A stretch of DNA of 64,000 nt from assembly GCF_018350175.1 (NCBI RefSeq), contig NC_058368.1, positions 73,844,001 to 73,908,000 of the forward strand, written 5' to 3'. The position numbers and the translations under genes are program-made. This document shows, piece by piece, positions 1 to 10,092 of this stretch. The stretch's first letter is position 1, and the number at the start of each line of letters is the position of its first letter. Source of the DNA: Felis catus. Lineage: Eukaryota. Below the pieces are notes generated by a model, which worked only from the letters and a program-made list of their open reading frames with translations, searched no databases and had not been told where the DNA came from.

Positions 1-804
1 GTGAAGCCACCTGCAGTCCCAATTTCAAAATATATTTTTGCCTTCAAATGACTTCTCTGGAGGAAAAGGGGCTATAAATCCCCTAAATAAATAATAATAA
101 ATGTTCTGGTCTGTGTATGTATCACAGGGAGATTACTTTGGCATGCTGGCACTTAGCAAATGAGAAATGTCAAAACAAATAAACTGCTTAATCCATATTG
201 GATCATGACAAATTGATTTGGAAATCCTGTTTTCTCCTATCAGGTGCTGCTTCAGAGATGGATTGTTTCACATTTTTTATACTGGCTTTGGGGCCTTTGA
301 CTCATGTTATTGAGAATAGAAAGGCAATTTAGCAGTTCTAGGAGATACCTGACAAAATGCTTTAAAAAAAGTTTTTATCATCCTTTTCCTGAATTGATAT
401 TTTATGTCACCTCTGTACAGAGTCATGGTTACATCAACTTTTTATGCTGGGAAAAATACTCTATTTAAGTATCTATAGCCATTTCCGTCATCTTCCATTT
501 TTTATTAATTCATTCTGAATATCTATAAAGAAAGTTATCTGCTTTCAAATTATGCAGAATCCTAATGACTTTGGTAGCTATCACCATTCAATTACTGCTA
601 AAGAGGGTCTTAATAAATTATTGTATTTAAAACAAACTGGTAAGAAGCCATTTCTTTTCTTATCAAATTAAGACTCGCAAGTTATACTTATGGCCATACT
701 TTTACTTATTTCCTTACATTATTCTTCCTCAGCCACTTTCTTAGAAGCTTAATAGAATTAATAGATAAAACATACTGCTTTTGTGTCATCAAATCCCCAC
801 CTGA

Positions 805-940
805 AACTCACACCAACACTCAAAAATGGATGCTATTATCCCCTGCATATTGGAGAAGAGGAAACTGATACGCAGATTCAATAACTTGCCCAAAGGTCCT
901 AGGTGACGAGTGACAACTCCTGGATTTGAATGTAGGCACT
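805..940 (-). mobile_element. MIR SINE fragment
   Basis: Reverse MIR core: 'gaggaaactgata...ataacttgcccaaaggtc...ggatttgaa'. Approximate bounds. Confidence 0.75.
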
Positions 941-1073
941 TGTGCCGTTTTCCCTTAATAAGTGAAGGAAAGAAGTTCTAAATTGTCTCTTCAGGGGACA
1001 AAAACATTTTAGGCAGTCGTATTTCTTTTTACTTTATTTGCCAACTTAACATAAACTCAGAGCTTTACAAATA

Positions 1074-1309
1074 CAGTAAAACCTTGGATTGAGAGTAACT
1101 TCTGCGAGTGTTCCACAAGACAAGCAAACATTTCTAACAAATTTTAATGATTAACAAGCGATGTCTTACAGTACAGGTAGTACATGACACCGAACGTCAC
1201 ATGGTCACAGCTGAGCTAATGGTTCTTGAAATTCGCTTTTATGTACAAGTGCTTTGGATTACGAGCATGTTTCTGGAATGAATTATGCTCACAAACCAAG
1301 GTTTTACTC
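1074..1309. mobile_element. Tc1/mariner-superfamily (Tigger/pogo-like) MITE, ~236 bp
   Basis: Left end cagtaaaaccttggattgagag matches the reverse complement of the right end (gagtaaaaccttggtttgtgag) at 19/22; TA on both sides (1072-1073, 1310-1311). Confidence 0.85.
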
Positions 1310-1765
1310 TACTTGGAATCCCTATTTCTCAGGCATATACTATTATTTCTTAGCAATGTTGTCACTGCAAGGGCTGCAAGGTGGGAGGGGGGTCACTACA
1401 AAGCCACATGATTTTGTAGGCAGTGTCAGTCCATGGGACGAGACATTGCAGACCAAGGAGTTCGGGATCTACTCCAGTCCTCCTTCTCAATCGGTTATGA
1501 AACACCATCAATCACATCAGCTTGTTCCACATTCACTCTGATTTGTGCTAAGGCTCAGCTCAGTCTGCTGTGTTGCTATGGCAACAGTCCCAGGATGGGT
1601 ACACAGAGTGACACCCCCACACCAATATCACGTGGGAAGACAGGACCACCAACGACAATGTGAAGGGTCATAAGAAGAATGTTCCATGCCAGAGGTTGTA
1701 AACAGGTGACTGCAGGCCAAGTATGGCACATAGATGTCTTGAGTTTGGCCAGTTAAGTATGTTGC

Positions 1766-1983
1766 TTTTTTTTTTTTTTTAATGTTTATTGATTTTTGAG
1801 AGAGACAGAGACAGAATGCGAGTGGGTTAGGGGTGGAGAGAGAGGGAGACACAGAATCGGAAGCAGGCTCCAGGATCTGAGCTGTCAGCACAGAGCCCGA
1901 CACGGGGCTTGAACTCATGAGCCGTGAGATCATGACCTGAGCTGAAGTCGGACACTCAACCAACTGAGCCACCCAGGTGCCCC
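1766..1983 (-). mobile_element. Can-SINE (SINEC_Fc-like)
   Basis: Poly-T, (GA)n, reverse B/A-box head ending 'gagccacccaggtgcccc'; degenerate TSD taagtatgttgctttt / tgagtattttactttt. Confidence 0.97.
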
Positions 1984-2354
1984 TGAGTATTTTACTTTTA
2001 AAAAATTAGTGGCCAGTGTTTTAACAACTGGAAGGTTTTGCATACATACAGGTCTCCTTTTCCCCATGAAACATCAGAAGACCTGGCAAGCCTGGGTTCT
2101 CATCCACAAATGCCAGCTGATCTGGAGGCAACTGCCCAGGCCCTGTTTGGATGAACTGTTCATTTCCCAACTCACCACAGCCCCGCCATGCGCCATTTTC
2201 TTATTAACTCATTCATTTTGTGCATTAAGGGGCCAGTCATTGGCTTTCAAGTTTGCGACCCCTGCCTATGCAATTTTTTTTATTTTCTGTTCTTGTGATG
2301 AATAAATCTCCCTGATGAAATTCAATTGTCTTATGGTTAGGTTTTATACCAAAA

Positions 2355-2510
2355 ACATTGTGGAAAAAGACATGGGCTTTGCAGTCAGGCAGATCTGGGC
2401 TTGAATTTGGACCCTGGACGTGACTGGTCTTATTACCTTGAACAAGTTCCTTGCTCTCTTTGACCATCAGCTTCTTCCTATGTCAAATGGGAAATTTACC
2501 ACCTGACAGA
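2355..2510 (+). mobile_element. MIR SINE fragment
   Basis: 'gggctttgcagtcaggcagatctgggcttgaat...ccttgaacaagtt...caaatggg'. Confidence 0.75.
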
Positions 2511-2659
2511 GAACCTTGGGTACGTACTTGGCTTTGATAAACGTCCGTTCCCTCTGCCTTTGCTACTACACGTGGTGTTACAGAATCTGGGGGAGCAAAG
2601 ATAAATAAGACTAGAACCTTTTCCACAATTTCACAGCCTGGTGAGGGAGCCTGTGATCT

Positions 2660-2858
2660 GTGTTGTTAACTTTGATCGCTTGCTTAGCAGTGGCTTCTCC
2701 ACTATGAAGTTACCATTTTCCCTTTTGTGATTAGTATAAAATTTGTTGGAAGGTGTTTGGGGATGTTTTAAACATCTTATTTCTCACCAACCTTCACTCA
2801 GTCACTTTAGGATCCAGAAATAATTTTTACCTGAAGAGATTCTTATTATGATGGTGGT
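2660..2858 (-). mobile_element. Old L1 (L1MC-like) 3' fragment
   Basis: 'gttaactttgatcgcttg...ccactatgaagttaccattttccctttt' resembles reversed L1MC 3' ends. Confidence 0.55.
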
Positions 2859-3599
2859 TAGGACAACATGTGAGCAAGGTGCTGGGACTTAGGGAGCACC
2901 ATCAGCGTTTTCCCAGACAGGGTGTGGTCAGGACTTTTCTGTTCCTACTGCATCGCAGAGTACTTTTGTTACTGCTTCTGCAGTGAAGACAATCCAGCCC
3001 ATCCATCTTGGCTTCACTTACTCATTTGATGACTTGGGTGTAGGTCAAAAAGAGGTCCAGTTCCCTCACTGTGATGGGGTGGGAAGAGGAATCCTGGGCG
3101 TTTTCATTTCCTTTCATTTTGGATGTGGTAGATTCACTCCCACCAAGAAGATAGAGGCAAGGAGGTCGCATAAACGCTGCAGAGATTCATGGGGCATGTC
3201 ACAGCAGCACCCCTGCAACGCTCTTTTTAAAACCTTTTCACATTAAATTTCCTATCAGTCTTGAGCATTAAGTCCTGTGTGTTTCTCAATTTTGTAAGGG
3301 CCCTAAATAAGTCACTTTTACAAATTCCAAACATTATGGGGAACATTTTGTGTCAATAATTTAATTATTCACTTGCTTTCCTATGAAATATAGAAAACTC
3401 AGTTATGCATGTGAACTAGTAGAAAAATAAATGCAACAGAGTACAGAAACATTAGATTATTTTTATTTGCTTTCTGCCATTCTCTAGGTAGAGAATGCTC
3501 ACAGACCTATGTTCCTGTTATAAAAATGATATAATTTTGTCTACAGAGAAAAGAATATAAATATTTCCATGGTTTATCTTGACTTCAGATCTGAATTGT

Positions 3600-4210
3600 T
3601 ATTTCCTTCCTAATTCTTTTTTTTTTTTACAACATATTCTTTTTTTTACAACATGTAACTCTGTCCTACTTTTAATTATATGGGATATATAATTTTACCT
3701 TGCATTGTATCACAAACTAGTACCCTAAAGCTATTCCCATAAACTATTCTGTAGCCTGTATAATCCTTGCTTTTAAAATCTGCATGAAGTTTAATTGAGT
3801 GCATGTAACATAGTGTACTTAGCTACTCTTCTGTAACATGTTTGATTATTACAAAAATTTCTATAGTGAACATTGCTTTGCATAGTGCTTTTAAAGCAAG
3901 GAAGAGGTATTTCGCACTAAAAGACTTAAAAACTTTTAATGCATATGATTAAATCAATTTTCAATATACTTTGGCCGCTTTTCATTGCTAATGGTGATGT
4001 ATTAGTCTGTCAATTTAGTAGTGTCACCAGTTTTTACTACATTACTCTGTTAAAAAATCCCTTTGATTGGAACTATTTATTGCCACTGATGTTGAACATA
4101 TAAAAATGTTTCTTACCTTTTCTCCTTTATAAAATTTATCCTTTGTACATCTATCTAGTCTCTTCTCAGCGCTTCTCTTAGAAATGTGTTTGAACTGTTT
4201 ATACATGAAA
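3600..4210 (-). mobile_element. Highly degraded L1ME-like fragment
   Basis: T-rich tract with 'ctatagtgaacattgctttgcata' and 'actgatgttgaacat' motifs typical of old antisense L1. Confidence 0.4.
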
Positions 4211-5164
4211 CTCAAAGATTTCTACTCTCATCAGCCTCTGGCCACAAAGTAAGCCATAATCCTGAATAATTCTAGCATGGATGGGGCCATTTTGGTTTGG
4301 CTGACAGAAATCAATAACTCTCCAGTGCCTCCCAGTAGAGTTCTTCAGAGGAGTACCTGGCATTGGCCACGCTCCAGGTTGCCAGCTACGGTACAGAGTA
4401 GATATGCAACTTTGGGGGTGCTCTCTGGCCCGTGGCCATCAGACTCCTTAGAGAAACTTCATCTGTCTCTGGCTATCAGAAGAATGCCAAGGGCTGTGCC
4501 AGAGATGCTGCCTCCTAACTTCTGTTCTTCCAGGTGTAAGAGCATTGCTAGATTCAGAGGTTGGAGAGAATGTTCTTCTTCCCAGTTTATCACTTGCTTC
4601 TCCTAGACCTCAGGAGCCCAGGGTTTTTCAAATTCCATTTGGACTATCCCATTGGATTTTGATCCTTACTCCCCTCACTACAGGCTCAAAGCCTAATCTG
4701 GGAACATGGGTGGAAAAACCTTCTGTCCAGTTTTTTCTTCCTCTTTGAGGATCCTCTCCTCCAACCCAAATTCCTTCCTCACTCATGAAGCAAGAGGTGC
4801 TGAGCATATCAATAGATACAAGCATATGGCCCAGGGGTACTATAAATCCAAATCATATTAAAACATAACATCCACAATCCTTTGTCTTTCTCCACCATCT
4901 AAAGATAAAAGAATCTTGGCATGTTTAGCTACTTGGCCTCCTTTGTGCTGATCCTTGTGAGTGGTACAAACAAGCATTAGAAAACTGGAGACAATGGTCA
5001 ACAAAGCAAGGGGAGGGCATACACAGTTGAAAAAATATAATCTTGGAGTAGGGGGATTTAGCTGAGCTGATCCAAAGAGAGGACTGAAGAGTGAAAAGGA
5101 AATAAGATTGTGCTAGAATTTTAAGAGCTTAAGAAGAGCCCCTGTACATTTAGAATTGGGGACG

Positions 5165-5617
5165 GTTTTCTGCCCAGCATGCATTTCCTTTTCCGCTTCT
5201 GTGGACTCTTGTTGCTTATAGCAAATCTGTTTCATGTGGTTTGAATTAGGTAGATGCATCTCACCTCATCCTGGAGGTGGGGATGTGAACTCAAAAGGGC
5301 CAGTCACAGGGCTCTCTGGGACATTTGCTGGAACTATTAGAGAAAGGAATGGCTACGTAGTCCCATAGGAGCTCGTGGCCATCTTTGCCACCATGTTGTG
5401 AAAGCCTGAGACTAAAACCAATGCAGAGGTGAGATGGGCCCAGTGACAGAGAGAGACACAGAATCCTAATGGCATCACTGGGAACTCTGGAGTCAGCCAG
5501 GATAGGAGGAGGTCTACCCCTGGACTTTCCAGGCATTTGAGTAAAGAAATTCTGTATTTCCTCACGTTAATTTGATGGAGTCTCTAAACCCTCTGATCAA
5601 CAGAGTCCTGACCACTC
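5165..5617 (+). mobile_element. MaLR LTR (MLT1K/L-like)
   Basis: 'ggccatctttgccaccatg', 'gagagagacacagaatcctaatggcatc', 'cccctggacttt', end 'agagtcctgacca'. Confidence 0.7.
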
Positions 5618-5670
5618 CAAGGTGAGAGATAATGGCTTGGGTTTGAGGAGTTTTGCTCCGTACCCTTGTG

Positions 5671-5721
5671 TCACCTCACCTCACCTCACCTCACCTCACC
5701 TCACCTCACTTCACCTCACCT
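5671..5721 (+). repeat. (TCACC)n pentanucleotide microsatellite
   Basis: About 10 tandem TCACC units, one variant TCACT. Confidence 0.97.
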
Positions 5722-5849
5722 GGTATCTTCAACTTCAGTAAAAATACACGTTACTCTTCAAGGTTTTTGGATCCGGATTTGCGTCTCTTCAGAATGATCT
5801 TTAAAGAGGAAGCCAAAAGCTCATTCAGGCTACAAAGTTAAGAAGTGTT

Positions 5850-6112
5850 GGAGCACCTGGGTGGCTCAGTCAGTTAAGTGTCCGACCTCGGCTCAGGTCA
5901 TGATCTCACCGTCCGTGGGTTCGAGCCCCGCGTCGGGCTCTGCGCTGACAGCACAGAGCCTGGAGCCTGTTTCAGATTCTGTGTCTCCCTCTCTCTCTGC
6001 CCCTCCCCCACTCATGCTCTGTCTCTGTCTCTCAAAAATAAGTAAACATTGAGAACAAATGTATAAAAAAAAAATGTGTTCCTAAAAAAAAATAAAATAA
6101 AGAAAAAAAACC
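5850..6112 (+). mobile_element. Can-SINE (SINEC_Fc-like)
   Basis: A box tggctcagtcag, B box gttcgagcc, CT-rich region, A tail; perfect 12-bp TSD ttaagaagtgtt (5838-5849, 6113-6124). Confidence 0.97.
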
Positions 6113-6543
6113 TTAAGAAGTGTTTTCTGTATTAGTGGTCTTTGGGCTCTAGTTCAACCAGCTGGAAATACCTAAGAAATTATTAACCCTGTGGCAAATA
6201 TCTTTTCCTAGACTATTTGCCAATTTTCTTGCAAAGGGATTTGGAGGGACTTATAAGATGGAACATCATGGAAAGGACAGTTGGGTTAAAAAATACGATC
6301 AGAGGGAGTAGGTGCTTCCAGACAGCAGAAATGTGTTCTTATTTATAACTAATCATTGTATTTAGTTTTAAGTTTCCCGGCAGCTGTAGACAAAAAGAAA
6401 AGATTTGGGGTTATAGTTGTTTTTCCTGACAAAATAAGTCATAGAAATTCATTCAAGGCCAACTTTAATCTGGAGCTGGATGCCGATGGGAACGTAGCAT
6501 AGAAGCCCATAGACTTGGCTCACTGGATTGGGGCACATAAAGG

Positions 6544-7181
6544 TGTTCTGTGTTGTGTTCCTCACGCGGTGGCCTCTGAGAAGAAACTTGGTGCACAGGA
6601 AGTTTGTCTAGGTGTGTTCTTGGGATCATCACCTACAGAAGGGAAGGGAAAGGAAAATAACAGGACTGGGTGCGGAGAGAAATCAGGCCAGCGTGCAGTC
6701 TCCGTGACGCTGTAGGCAATTCCACAGTGGGCTTTCAGGCTGGAACGACCCTTCAGAGTTGTCCTGAATTGGAGAAAGGGGCTTGGGTGGCCCTGAGAAG
6801 GAGGCATGTCTTTGTCAAAACTGCTTTCTTAGGGTGCCAAGGTGGCTCAGTCGGTTAAGCATCCGACTTCGGCTCAGGTCATGATCTCACGGTTTGTGAG
6901 TTTGAGCCCCGCGTCGGGCTCTGTGCTGACAGCTCGGAGCCTGGAGTCTGCTTCAGATTCTGTGTCTCCTTCTCTCTCTGCCCCTCCTCAGTCACACTCT
7001 GTCTCCCTCTCAAAAAATAAATTAACATTAAAAAAACCCCAACACCCTGCTTTCTTCAGCCAAGACAATCCCCCGAGGGGGCGGACACTTGCAAACTCTC
7101 GGCAAGCGGGTGTCCGCAGACCTGCAAGACAAGTCCCATGTTCCTGAAGGGACCTTGGTTCCCGTCAGAGCCTCTGCGACA
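6544..7181 (-). mobile_element. ERVL LTR (LTR16A-like), interrupted by a SINE
   Basis: 'tgggatcatcacct...ccttcagagttgtcctgaattgg...cttcagcc...aagtcc...cctgaaggg'; TG...CA termini. Confidence 0.75.
6832..7046 (+). mobile_element. Can-SINE (SINEC_Fc-like) nested in LTR16
   Basis: Full head and A tail; TSD ctgctttctt (6821-6830, 7047-7056). Confidence 0.97.
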
Positions 7182-7799
7182 AGAGTATGGCCGTCTTGAA
7201 GGTAGTTTTGCAAAACCGAACGAAACCGAAACCTACAAACTTCCTGAAATGGGCCATTTGTATATCTAACAGGCTGTAAATGCTGGAGGTTCGTATCGTA
7301 GACACACGGACTGTGAGGCAGTTCCTTGTGGGAGCTTCCCGTGGCCCTTGGACAAGGCTCAGACCTCCAAAAGCAGGCGCTCTTGTAATGCTGGCCTTTA
7401 TTTCTGTATTAATAACCCCCCCCCCCGCCCCATCCTCCACGTAGTATAATTATTCAAATAGCTGTCATTCTTGCCTCCCAGCTGGAATGCTAATTCCATG
7501 GAACCTGGAATCCTTGTTTTAAATCATCATTTCATTGCTTAAAAACTTAACACGGCGCTGAACACAAAGTAGACGCTCAATGAGGCAAAGCGAATAAACG
7601 GGCGGTCAGAGTACTGAGGATGAAGTAAAAATAATAACATAAATTAACATCAGGAAATAATTTTGTTTCCACCTTGGAAATATAAATAAGAGCGGAAGAA
7701 CTCTCAGCAGCACTCCTGCTAGTACGGGGCCAAGCCACGTCATCTCTCAGGGCTGCTTCCCAAGCGTATCCCAGATTCTGTTAATATCGTTGGTCCCTT

Positions 7800-8390
7800 T
7801 CAGTGTGTTCTCAGTGGATCCATGAGAACTGCCTGTTGGAGGGTAAGTCAGACAATGTCACTCTCCTGGTGAACACCAGCAATGGCTCCTGATTTCTTTC
7901 AGAGCAAAAGAAAGTGTCCCTCCGACAGCCTGTAAGGCCCCACACAGCCTGTGCCCTCTTTTCTCCCTGACCTTGACTCCATCACTCTCCCGCACCCCCA
8001 TCTTGCCCGGCCACAACAGCCTCCTTGCTGTTTCCACCCCCGGCCCTTTGCACCGGCTGCTTCATCTACCTGTGGTGTTTTTTCCCCCACATACCCATGT
8101 GGCTCCCCCTTCAACTCCCTTAAAATCTTTCCCCACTTGAGAAAAGTTTACTTTGAAACTTAAGGTTTCAACTTTTAGAATTCCCCCAAACTTGCGGTTC
8201 TTGTCCTATGCTATTTTCCCCCTCCACAGCTCTAACACGTTTTATGTGCTTTCTACATTGTCTTGTTTGTTCTTAGTCCTCACTAGAATGTGAGTTCTAC
8301 AAAGGCCACAGTGTTTTGCTGTTGTTCTGTTTGGAACAGTTGTACTGCCTGGAACAGTGCTTGGGTCAACAAATAACACTGAACGATGAA
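7800..8390 (+). mobile_element. L2 (L2a-like) 3' portion
   Basis: 'gtaagtcagacaatgtcactctcctg', 'ggccctttgcac', 'cactagaatgtgagttc', 'gcctggaacagtgcttgg'. Confidence 0.75.
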
Positions 8391-9454
8391 CAATGGACTT
8401 TCTGCTTAAAGTTTAACGGTGGGGCAGATTTCCACTTGGGTGTGAAACGGGAGATTCAACAGTCTGGGCGAGTGGGAATATTCTCTGGCAAGCTTGCCCA
8501 TGGAGACAATTGGTGTGGGCCCTGAGCCCTGGGCACCTGCCTTATTCTTAACTTATCTGCAGGGTGGCTCTCTCTCTCTGGGCTTTCCCCGTCAGTGGGT
8601 GGCAAATGCTCCCCAGCCCTGCACTTAAAGTGCTTAGAACAAAGGCTCCCAGCTGTTTTTCTGCCCACATGCCTCATATCTTGGCCTCCAGAAATAATTA
8701 GAATTTCTCTTTTTTTGTTTCCAGATTCCGTACCCATGGGAGAATCTCTGGTTGCTCTCTTGGATCAGCAGTCCTACCCTCCCTTCAACTAACCGAGAGG
8801 GGACATCAGGTAGGGGAGGGAGAAGGTTATCAGACAGTCCCAGGCCACCCCAACGGCCATGTGCACGAGGCCAGTATAGGGAAGGAAAACCACCTTCTTC
8901 TTAGGAACCACATGGTCACCCAGGACATGTCTTCCTGATTCTTTCCTCCGTCTCCATCTGCTTTCCCTGCTTTCCGGATGCCTCCTACACTGTTTGGTTT
9001 TGGTTAGCATAATGAAGAAACTCAGGCAGCACTGGTCCATTGATTCTAAGGCACAGGAAATGCACTGGTGGAGGGCAGACCCGGAACTGCCTTTCTCTTT
9101 CCGACATGGTGTAGGTCTCCTCGTATTGTGTGGCCGAGGCCATAGCATCTGCCTTGGCTGTCCCTGGACCATTTTCATTCTGTCTCTTACATGGCGTGTT
9201 GGTCCTGCAGACCGTTCCCTGCCCAAGCTGGCTAGGAGCCTCAGCCTGGTCCTCAGCCTTCCCGATCAAAGTTGGGGGTGGGGGTGGGGGTGGGGGGCGG
9301 CAAGCAGCAGTCAAGTTCCCATAAGACCTGCCTTGCTAAGAAAAGGGTTGGTTCGTTCTGGTCCATGCCCTGCTGGCATGAAAGGAATTGCAGGGACTGA
9401 AGTAATGATATTCGATTGCGCCTTGTCCAAGGCAGCCTGAAGAAATCATTTCCA

Positions 9455-9585
9455 AGGGCGTCCGGGGGGCTCAGGCGGTTAAGCGTCCGATTCTGTGTTT
9501 TCCTCTCTCTCTGCCCCTCCCTCGCCTGTGCTCTGTCTGTCTGTCTCTCTCCCAAGAGTAGATAAACATTAAAAAAAATTTTGAA
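9455..9585 (+). mobile_element. Can-SINE with ~91-bp internal deletion (no B box)
   Basis: Head 'gggcgtccggggggctcaggcggttaagcgtccga' joined directly to 'ttctgtgttttcctctctct...aaacattaaaa'; degenerate TSD aagaaatcatttcca / aaggaatcatttaca. Confidence 0.9.
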
Positions 9586-10073
9586 AAAGGAATCATTTAC
9601 AACCACCTGATACTTCCCTCCTTTTAAAAATTAAGCTGGTGGATGAGGAGCATAGTTAGGCTTTACCGAAGCCTGGCTTCCTGCCACTTTTTTGTTTTCT
9701 TGTTTTTTTTTTCTTTTGCCCTCAGACTTGGAAACTCACACGATTATGTAAATGTGTTTGTTGTAAGTCTTGGGTGTCTCCTCTGGGGGGACCATGCAAC
9801 CATGCAGGTTTGGATAAAGTTCCATCCAGGTCATTTTTTGAGCTCTTGTTCAGGTTGGACATTATGTCCTCGCCAGAGGGCGTTTCAGCTGGATGTTCCG
9901 CTACATTCCTAAGAAATGGGCTCAGATGTGGAGTTGCCCGTGGGTCAGAGAGGCAGTTCCATATGGGGGTGCTAGCAGTGCTGGTGATGAACTGAGAGGG
10001 GAACAAAGGCATTCTGACACTCTTTTTGGATTATACAAGCCACCTACCAAGTTGACTCCGTGGGCTGACTTTT

Positions 10074-10092
10074 TGAACACTAGATGGCGCCA
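10074..10092 (+). promoter_or_regulatory. Candidate CTCF binding site
   Basis: TGAACACTAGATGGCGCCA closely fits the CTCF core CCASYAGRKGGCRS. Motif match only. Confidence 0.5.

Noticed and set aside
8789..9440. Overlapping 109-148 aa ORFs
   Set aside because: GC-rich sequence with a G-run repeat; open on both strands; no recognisable domain.
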